Below are positions 58,801-64,000 of a stretch of DNA of 64,000 nt, one piece after another. The notes beneath the pieces were generated by a model. The model saw nothing but the letters and a program-made list of their open reading frames with translations. It was not told the DNA's origin and did not search any database. A program made the translations under genes and the position numbers. The first letter of the stretch is position 1. The number at the start of each line of letters is the position of its first letter. The DNA is from an uncultured Actinomycetes bacterium (GTDB taxonomy: Bacteria > Actinomycetota > Acidimicrobiia > Acidimicrobiales > SZUA-35): assembly GCA_902826025.1 (NCBI GenBank), contig CADEDH010000009.1:22796-86795 (forward strand), in the 5' to 3' direction.

Positions 58801-60286
58801 GCGGGACAGGCCGGGGAGCATCGGCCGGCAGGCGCAGGGCCAGACGCTGGCCGATCAGCGCGTTCAGCTCGGCCATCACCCGGCGGCATTCCACCTCGGT
58901 GGCAGCCAGGACCGGGCCGGGCAGGGGGCCCACGTCGACCGGGCAGTGGGGCAGCCACTTCATCCAGTCCCAGCGGGCGGCGTCGCCTGCCGGCACCAGG
59001 GCGGCCAACACCAGCTCGGCCGGGCTGTGGAGCGCCGCCAGCTGGGTCACCACGGCGAAGCCGAGGGGCAGGGCGTGGTCGACGGGTCCGGAGATGCCGA
59101 GGCCGCCGGCGCCCAGGTGGGCCAGAGCCGGTACGCCGGGGGCCACGGCGAAGCGCTCGGCCACAGCGTCGGCCTCGGCCCGTAGGGCCGGCTCTCCCCG
59201 GTCGGGCCGCTGCACCCCGGTGAGCGAAGGCTGGTCGGCCAGGCCCACCCGCACGGTCAGCGCATCGGGATCGTCAGGGCCCCGCTCCCACAGCCGGAGG
59301 CTGAGGTGGTCGATGAACGCCCCCAGCTCGGACACGGCCGGCGCCGCCCGCAGCCGCTCCCGTTTCTCGGCGACGCCCGCCGCCTCCAGGCGGATCTCGG
59401 CGTCGATCAGGGTCGAGCGGAAGGCGGCCAGGTCGTCCCGGTGCTGCAGCCGGCCCGACCGGCGGCTCTCCAGGTACGACCCGAGCACCATGATCGGGGA
59501 GAACACGGTGAACACCCCGAACAGATAGTTGGGCCGGCCTCCGAACAGCACGGGGGCGTAGACCATGGCCGCCGCCATCACCAGGGGGGCCAGGGCCGCC
59601 ACCATCGGCAGCCGGGTGCGGGGCGGCGGCCCGGGCGGGGCGGGCAGGACCACCCGGGCGGGCTCCGGCGGGCGGTCGTGGCGGGGCGGCCGGTTGAAGG
59701 CCACCTGGTGATCGGCCACGTCGTCGAGACCCCGGGGCCGTTGCAGGTGCTCGATCTCGATCCACGTGTTGCCCAGCAGGGCCCGGGTACCGGGCACCAG
59801 CGTGGTGGCGCCGGGCCGCACGTCGTCGCCCACCACCACCCCGTTGGTGGAGCCGGCGTCGAGCACGGTCACCGACGAGTCGTCGACCACGATCACGGCG
59901 TGGCGGCGCGACAGGGCCTCGTCGTCGATCACCAGGTCGTTCCCGGGGTCCCGCCCCACCGAGGTGCGACCGTAGGGCAGCTCGATCAACGTGTCGGGGT
60001 GACCCTCCCGTAGGAGGCGGAGGACGGCGGCCGGGGGCAGCTGGCGGTGGCGGGCCGGGCGCCGCCCCACCAGGCCGGCGGCCGGCGGAGCCACGGTGAG
60101 GGCGTCGCCGGAACGGATGTCGGCCCCGGCCAGGGCCCGCTCCCCCGCCAGCAGCTGGCCGGTCCGGGCCACCCGCAGGCGGGAGCCGGGCGCCGCCCCC
60201 AGGGCGTCGAGCAGGTGGTCTACGCAGGCGCTGGCGTCGGCGTCCACCACCCGGTCGTGGTGGTCGATCGAGACGAGGAGCCGCAT
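55892..60286 (-). CDS. EssC/EccC-like FtsK/SpoIIIE-family ATPase: N-terminal ubiquitin-like segment, FHA domain, 2 TM helices and three P-loop modules
   Basis: Lies within ORF 55892..60385, with the start at ATG 60286 (MRLLVSIDHHD). The FHA domain is TSVGRDPGNDLVIDDEALSRRHAVIVV...LDAGSTNGVVV. The TM pair is LPMVAALAPLVMAAAMVYAPVLF and FGVFTVFSPIMVLGSYL. The Walker A motifs are AGTTGAGKSE (58271-58300), GTGGAGKTV (57254-57280) and a degenerate GPRFSGRS (56411-56450). Walker B is LLIVVDEFA. Confidence 0.88.
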   Translation of the reverse strand: MRLLVSIDHHDRVVDADASACVDHLLDALGAAPGSRLRVARTGQLLAGERALAGADIRSGDALTVAPPAAGLVGRRPARHRQLPPAAVLRLLREGHPDTLIELPYGRTSVGRDPGNDLVIDDEALSRRHAVIVVDDSSVTVLDAGSTNGVVVGDDVRPGATTLVPGTRALLGNTWIEIEHLQRPRGLDDVADHQVAFNRPPRHDRPPEPARVVLPAPPGPPPRTRLPMVAALAPLVMAAAMVYAPVLFGGRPNYLFGVFTVFSPIMVLGSYLESRRSGRLQHRDDLAAFRSTLIDAEIRLEAAGVAEKRERLRAAPAVSELGAFIDHLSLRLWERGPDDPDALTVRVGLADQPSLTGVQRPDRGEPALRAEADAVAERFAVAPGVPALAHLGAGGLGISGPVDHALPLGFAVVTQLAALHSPAELVLAALVPAGDAARWDWMKWLPHCPVDVGPLPGPVLAATEVECRRVMAELNALIGQRLALRLPADAPRPVPLVVVVVVEGVPVEQHELTYLLEHGPAAGVYTLWMAGASRRVPRPVATVVDVELTAGERPVGIVTPPVAAGPPVEAVAVEGIAGVEAESLARRLAPITDAASQVARAAEIPARVDLPELLGEPDVLDSPAVVAARWARPSRSLAAPVGRMATEVLSLDIRRDGPHCLVAGTTGAGKSELLQTWISSLAATHGPHAVTFLLVDYKGGAAFKDCSRLPHAVGMVTDLDAAGVNRALQSLRAELTRRERVLHANDCADLAEMLDRGLPGAPPSLLIVVDEFAALVQEVPEFIEGVVGVAQRGRSLGLHLVLATQRPAGVITPQIRANTDLRIALRVADAEDSTDVIDVADAAHIDRALPGRAIVRIGPRDRVPFQTAYVGGVSGAGADGPVVSLADLRFGTTQGLPGGPSHPAAGARFGAGHRDAERGTGQSDLERLVATITAAHVATGAPLPPKPWLEPLAPVCALEAVPFTPPGPDHEAVVLGMVDRPGRQDQVALTFEPDVDGSLGIVGTGGAGKTVALRTIAAAVALGQSRAERVPFVHCLDFAGRGLRPLEVLPHVGSVVGEDDPDRVRRLLADLGALLDERAERFSAVGAASLAEYRAAQPGDEIHRTWLLIDGYPAFHQAYEQLEGERWVNLVRRLAAEGRPFGIHVVLTAPRREAIYSTMARTIGRWLVLRQTSADDYRSLDVPAQLHAASPPGRAMEGTDEAQVAILGGQPGAEAQLDALARLAVELRARAVAEAPPVRLLPVVVHRHELPAGDAVGLRDRDFTPWRWSEGPRVFLVSGPRFSGRSNALRAIGQGARPAVSAVWYLANKPPTAALPAGWRLAAGFMDADEAVQELLALPAAGGGRAGQGGDGPAPPPILVLVDDANTLHDSGVPVDRLADGADGIRWSVVAAVDDTSARRSSYDPLARVLTAGRRGLLLQPAPVDDAEVFGTALPRVRSHQWPAGRGYLVSGAALEIVQVALAP

Positions 60287-60402
60287 CAGTCGGCCTCTCC
60301 GGCCCGGCGGGCCGCCACCGGCGCTCCGGTACCGGCATCGTGTCCTAGAATGGCCGGCGGTCGGGCGGCAGCCCGAGCGGAACACGGCGGAGCGGCGACA
60401 CG

Positions 60403-61146
60403 ATGGAACCGATTGACGAGAAGTTCGGCCCGTTCCTGGAGCGGGGATGCCTCGTCGTCGACTTCTGCGGCGAGATTCACGTGGTGGACCCGTCGGAGAG
60501 CTTGACGTTCGGACGCGATGCCGAGCTGGCCATCGACGACAACGAGTTCCTCCACCGCCAGCTGGGCCAGTTCCAGCGCCGGGCCGACCTGTGGTGGTTG
60601 ACCAACATCGGCTCCCGCATCGAGCTGGAGGTGTTCGACCGCAACACCCAGGCCAGCGCCCGGCTCCCGGCGGGCACGGCCCAGGCCCTGGCCGGATCCG
60701 ACTTGCTGGTGCAGTTCACGGCGGGGCCCACCCACTACGAACTGCTGGTGCAGTGCGACACCTCGATCACAGTGCTCCCGGCGGAGCCGAGCGACACGGT
60801 GAGCCTGAGCTCGCTGCCCTGGACGGTGGAGCAGCGGGTGCTGATGGCGGTACTGGCCGAGTCGCTGCTGCGATCGCCCCACCTGCCTCTCAACCTCCCG
60901 TCGAACGACGAGGCCCGCCAGCGGCTGGGCTGGGAGAAGGCCAAGTTCAACCGCAAGCTCGACAATGTGTGCGACCGGCTCACGAACTCCGGCGTGCGGG
61001 GCCTGGAGCGGGGCCAGGAGCGGCGCAACAACGAGCGGCGCCGGGTGCTGGCCGAGACGGCGGTGGAATACGGCATCGTCACCACCGACGACCTGGCGCT
61101 GTTGGAGCGCTATCTCGCCCCCGGTGAACGCCCAACGGTGACCTGA
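60403..61146 (+). CDS. Hypothetical protein with a degenerate FHA-like N-terminal domain and a basic helical C-terminal region
   Basis: ORF of 247 aa. LTFGRDAELAIDDNEFLHRQLGQFQRRADLWWLTNIGSRIELEVFD follows the FHA GR...H...N spacing. The C-terminus is KFNRKLDNVCDRLTNSGVRGLERGQERRNNERRRVLAETAVEYGIVT. It is divergent from the ATPase gene. Confidence 0.6.
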   Translation: MEPIDEKFGPFLERGCLVVDFCGEIHVVDPSESLTFGRDAELAIDDNEFLHRQLGQFQRRADLWWLTNIGSRIELEVFDRNTQASARLPAGTAQALAGSDLLVQFTAGPTHYELLVQCDTSITVLPAEPSDTVSLSSLPWTVEQRVLMAVLAESLLRSPHLPLNLPSNDEARQRLGWEKAKFNRKLDNVCDRLTNSGVRGLERGQERRNNERRRVLAETAVEYGIVTTDDLALLERYLAPGERPTVT

Positions 61147-61202
61147 CCGGGAGAAGTCGGGGGCCACCGCCCCGTCCCGGGCGCCCGTCATCCCCATACC
61201 CG

Positions 61203-61649
61203 TCATCCCCCCATCCCGAGCACGAGCGCGGAGGGGGCCACGCCGGCCAACAGGATCGTGCCCAGGGGCACCGTGACGGCGGCCGGGCGGCGGAGCAGGA
61301 GCCAGATCAGGCCGGCGGCCAGACCGACGATGGTGAATCCGAGCCATGCCAGCACCGGCCCGGAGCCCATCCAGGCCTCCGCCACCACCAGGGGCCCGAT
61401 CACCTTGGCGTCCCCCGCTCCCATCAGGCCGGCCGACCACACTGCCACCCCGAGCACGCCTGCCCCCAGGCCCAGGGCGACGGCCGGCCAGGGCCCGAGC
61501 CCGTCGGTGGGGCGGCCCGAAGCCAGGAGGAGGGCCACGGCGACGGCGAAGGCCGCCACCCCGGCGTTGGGCAGGCGGCGCCGGGCCAGGTCCCCAGCGG
61601 CCAGCGCCGTGGCCACCACCGCCACCGCCACCAGTGCCATCACCGCCAT
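61203..61649 (-). CDS. A24-family prepilin (Flp/type IV) leader peptidase, CpaA/TadV-like
   Basis: Last 148 codons of ORF 61203..61832, starting at ATG 61649. The two catalytic Asp contexts are AAGDLARRRLPN and GLMGAGDAKVIG, and the body is polytopic. Confidence 0.75.
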   Translation of the reverse strand: MAVMALVAVAVVATALAAGDLARRRLPNAGVAAFAVAVALLLASGRPTDGLGPWPAVALGLGAGVLGVAVWSAGLMGAGDAKVIGPLVVAEAWMGSGPVLAWLGFTIVGLAAGLIWLLLRRPAAVTVPLGTILLAGVAPSALVLGMGG

Positions 61650-61674
61650 GTCGCCCGCTGTCCCCGTTCCCGCC

Positions 61675-64000
61675 TCAGCCGCCGACCGGCTCGCGCCGGC
61701 GGACGACCGACCGGAGCAACCCCTCGTAGACCGCCCGGGTCTCCGCTGTGGGCTGGGCGCCGCCCTCGCCCCCACCATCGGCGCCATCGGCGCCATCGGC
61801 GGCGACGGCACCGCCATCGGCGGCGATGGCACTGCGCAGGCTGCGCCAGATGCTCTCGATGAGGGCCGGATCGCCCGCGGCCGCCGCCAACCGCATCCAG
61901 GCCCGGTAGATCCGCTCGCTGGTGGGCAGGGCGGTCAGGCCCTGGTGGATGGCCTGGTTGGCCAGGTCGGCGTCTCCCGCCCGCTGGGCCGTGTCCACCG
62001 TGTCGAGCACGACCGCTTCCACCAGATCGGCGGCGTAGTCGGCCAGGTCGGTCGCCCCGGCCCAGCGGAGGGGCACCCCGCCCAGGGGCGGGCCCGCGAT
62101 CAGGGCCAGACCGGCCGCCATGGCCTCGGGTCGAACCCCGCCGGGCGGGGCATCGAGCAGGCCGTGGAGGATTTCGAGGTCGGTGCCCACCCCGATCAGC
62201 TGGAGCTCATCGGCCGGGCCGGCGGCTGGCAACCGCTCGGGCCCGAGTGCATCCCGGGCGGCATCGATCACCCGGGCCACCTGGGGCGGGCTGACAGGGC
62301 GGTCGCCCCACAAGGCGGCGGCCACCTGGGCTGCGGTGGCCCGGCGCCGGGGTTGGACGGCAAGATAGGCCACGAGGGAGAGGGCGTGGGCCTGGAGCTC
62401 GGGCACATCGGGGCAGCGGACCGGGCCGAGCAGGTGGATCAGGATCTCGCCGGGGCCGGAGGTGGCCCCGCTGACGGTGCCCCGAGCCCCGACCCGGGCC
62501 CGGATCCTCTCCGCCCCGGCGGGCGATGCCTCACCGTGGCCCGGGGCGGGCCCCGCCGCCGCCGAGGCCAGGAGACCGGTGAGCTCCTGCTCCTGGCGCC
62601 GGGTGAGGGCCGCCGCCACCAGCGGCCCGTCGCTGTCGCCGCCAGCCGGCCGGTACCGGGCCGTGCCGTCCTCGTCCAGCTCCAGCCGGGCCCCGACCCG
62701 GCTCGATCTCAGGTCACCCGCCACCAGCAGGGCCACGCCAGCCCGTCGGCCGGCCAGATCGAGGAAGGGATTGAGGTTGGTGTGCTCGGTCCGCACCACC
62801 AGGACCTCCAGCTCCCGGGGCCCGAGCCGGTGGTCGAGTCGCCCGTGACGGTCAACAGCGTCGCGGGCCAACTGCAGCGCCTCCTCCTCGGTGCGCCGGG
62901 CCACCCGGTCGAGCTGGCCGGCGTCACCCACGGCGAAGCCCACGGTGGTGACGAAGGCGTTCGACAGGTGCTCGCCCAGGCCCAACTCGTAGACCATGGC
63001 TCGCACGGTGGAGGCCACCCGTTCCGGGGTTCCGGCCACGCTGAGCGACCCGATCGCCGCCAGGTCGGCCAGGATCTGGGGGCCGGTGGCGCCATCGTCG
63101 CCCCGGCGCTCCCCCAGCGTGACCAGCCCGGGCAGCGCCACGGGCGGCTGGTGGGCGCCGCCGTCGGCGTCGGGGCCGTCGTAGGATCGATGCCAGCGCT
63201 GGGGATCGACCACCGTCCACCCCTCGATCGTGACCTCGGGCTCGGCGTCCCACACCACTTCCAGCCCGTCGGTACTCGACAGACCGACGGTCACGATGCC
63301 CCCCGCCACCTGCATGAGGGGGTGCAGCTGGGCTGCCACCCACAGGGTGAGGCCGGGGTCGGCCGCCGCCGCCAGTTGGTCGACGAAGCTGGATCCGTCG
63401 GCGCCGGGAGGAGCGAACCCGAACGCCGCCCGGCGCCGGCGCCGGGTCTCACCGATCAGCCCGAGCATGGCCGCCGCCGCCACCGCCATCACTTCCACCC
63501 GGCCGAGGGTGGCCGCATCGGCAGTCGTGGGGGCGGAGGCGGTAGCTGGGGTCACCGGCGCCACCGGGACGACCTCGATCTGCTCCAGCACCGCACTTGC
63601 CCGGGGCCCGCTCCCGGCTTCGGCCGCGGCTTCGGCCACGGTCGACGCCGCCGCTGCGCCATCGGTACCGGCCCCGGTCGGGGCCCCTTCGCCGTCGGGC
63701 GCCCGATCGGCGGGGCCGGCCGTCAGCGGGGGCGACGGCACGGCGGGCGCCGGGGCGGCCGCCCCGGCGATCGGCGGCAGGACCACCACCTGTCCGGGGT
63801 AGATCAGGTCCGGATCGACGATGGGCGGCGTGTTGGCCTCGATGACCACACCGAGTTGGTCGACGATCTGGGCGTTGGTGGGATCCGGCGTACCGGTGGC
63901 CACGAGCTGGGCCTCGGTCAGCTCCCACAGGTTGTCACCCCGCTCGACAACGTGCTCGCCGGCGGCGGTGGGGACCGCCGGGGTCGGGCTGAGGTCGGGC
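61675..64000 (-). CDS. LysM-TM-(unknown cytoplasmic domain)-winged-helix-BTAD (SARP-like) protein; the N-terminus lies off the window
   Basis: The frame stays open beyond the track start at 63903. Upstream in-frame codons read EHVVERGDNLWELTEAQLVATG...DPDLIYPGQVVVLP, which is LysM-like. The TM helix is VEVMAVAAAAMLGLIG. ILIHLLGPVRC...LSLVAYLAVQPRRRATAAQVAAALWGDRP is an OmpR-type winged helix. DLADYAADLVEAVVLD...ERIYRAWMRLAAAAGDPALIESIWRSL is BTAD-like. Confidence 0.7.
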   Translation of the reverse strand, partial: PDLSPTPAVPTAAGEHVVERGDNLWELTEAQLVATGTPDPTNAQIVDQLGVVIEANTPPIVDPDLIYPGQVVVLPPIAGAAAPAPAVPSPPLTAGPADRAPDGEGAPTGAGTDGAAAASTVAEAAAEAGSGPRASAVLEQIEVVPVAPVTPATASAPTTADAATLGRVEVMAVAAAAMLGLIGETRRRRRAAFGFAPPGADGSSFVDQLAAAADPGLTLWVAAQLHPLMQVAGGIVTVGLSSTDGLEVVWDAEPEVTIEGWTVVDPQRWHRSYDGPDADGGAHQPPVALPGLVTLGERRGDDGATGPQILADLAAIGSLSVAGTPERVASTVRAMVYELGLGEHLSNAFVTTVGFAVGDAGQLDRVARRTEEEALQLARDAVDRHGRLDHRLGPRELEVLVVRTEHTNLNPFLDLAGRRAGVALLVAGDLRSSRVGARLELDEDGTARYRPAGGDSDGPLVAAALTRRQEQELTGLLASAAAGPAPGHGEASPAGAERIRARVGARGTVSGATSGPGEILIHLLGPVRCPDVPELQAHALSLVAYLAVQPRRRATAAQVAAALWGDRPVSPPQVARVIDAARDALGPERLPAAGPADELQLIGVGTDLEILHGLLDAPPGGVRPEAMAAGLALIAGPPLGGVPLRWAGATDLADYAADLVEAVVLDTVDTAQRAGDADLANQAIHQGLTALPTSERIYRAWMRLAAAAGDPALIESIWRSLRSAIAADGGAVAADGADGADGGGEGGAQPTAETRAVYEGLLRSVVRRREPVGG

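Noticed and set aside
60346-60351. TAGAAT as the -10 box for the FHA-like gene.
   Set aside because: It is plausible at 52 nt upstream of the ATG, but there is no supporting -35 or extended -10 element. I mention it in a finding and do not call it as a feature.
1-64000. A search for tRNA, rRNA or tmRNA genes, transposases, integrases, phage genes and toxin-antitoxin pairs.
   Set aside because: No intergenic region is long enough or has the conserved tRNA or rRNA strings. No ORF shows DDE, tyrosine-recombinase or serine-recombinase motifs. The window looks like core or accessory chromosome without mobile elements.

Overview
This is a very GC-rich, densely coding chromosomal segment. Third codon positions are almost always G or C, and long antisense shadow ORFs are everywhere in the six-frame track. 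Gene content and protein style look actinobacterial, possibly Acidimicrobiia-like; that taxon call is inference only. I call 58 protein-coding genes. I found no rRNA, tRNA, CRISPR array, transposase or integrase. Many adjacent genes are translationally coupled through ATGA, GTGA or TTGA start/stop overlaps, and I used these to choose starts.

Layout:
- 1-9.7 kb: a minus-strand catabolic operon (Baeyer-Villiger monooxygenase, VOC, MetE-like, ICL/PEP-mutase-like, aldo-keto reductase, fused hydantoinase/oxoprolinase), plus a divergent class III aminotransferase.
- 9.8-12.1 kb: TetR plus an ABC-2 exporter.
- 12.2-16.8 kb: an AAA ATPase, acyl-CoA dehydrogenase, cupin, SDR and LLM oxidoreductase.
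- 17.0-20.2 kb: PadR, a DUF1700-like::ABC ATPase, a permease and an RlmI-like methyltransferase, all joined by ATGA overlaps.
- 20.2-25.2 kb: TerC, then an amidohydrolase, SDR, LigB-type extradiol dioxygenase and BNR propeller operon.
- 25.4-30.7 kb: an ECF sigma factor, three single-pass Thr/Pro-rich envelope proteins, ApbE and a ferric-reductase-like membrane protein.
- 30.8-34.2 kb: an esterase, LtrA and a hypothetical protein.
- 34.5-39.4 kb: a complete conservon (cvnABCD-like) coupled to an orphan PF04392-type solute-binding lipoprotein.
- 39.4-45.3 kb: an MFS transporter, an oxalyl-CoA decarboxylase/2-hydroxyacyl-CoA lyase, and a divergent tandem-duplicated family III CoA-transferase.
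- 45.3-47.8 kb: NIPSNAP, a PAS-only protein, a small protein and a methyltransferase.
- 47.7-51.1 kb: a copper-handling cluster (unknown His-rich membrane protein, cupredoxin-like lipoprotein, SCO1, PCuAC, divergent PadR).
- 51.1-53.7 kb: a HemK-related methyltransferase, exonuclease III and a thioesterase.
- 53.9-64 kb: a secreted beta-propeller protein, a large ubiquitin-like/FHA/triple FtsK-ATPase protein (EssC/EccC-like) with a divergent FHA-like partner, a prepilin peptidase and a LysM-TM-wHTH-BTAD protein that runs off the window.

Most interesting to me:
- the orphan Ubl-FHA-EssC/EccC-like locus;
- the ECF-sigma/ApbE/ferric-reductase envelope cluster, which contains a pair of paralogous uncharacterised C-terminal domains;
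- the conservon with a solute-binding fifth gene;
- a dispersed REP-like family of intergenic inverted repeats sharing a GCGAACTG core.

All family assignments come from reading motifs by eye. No database search was run.
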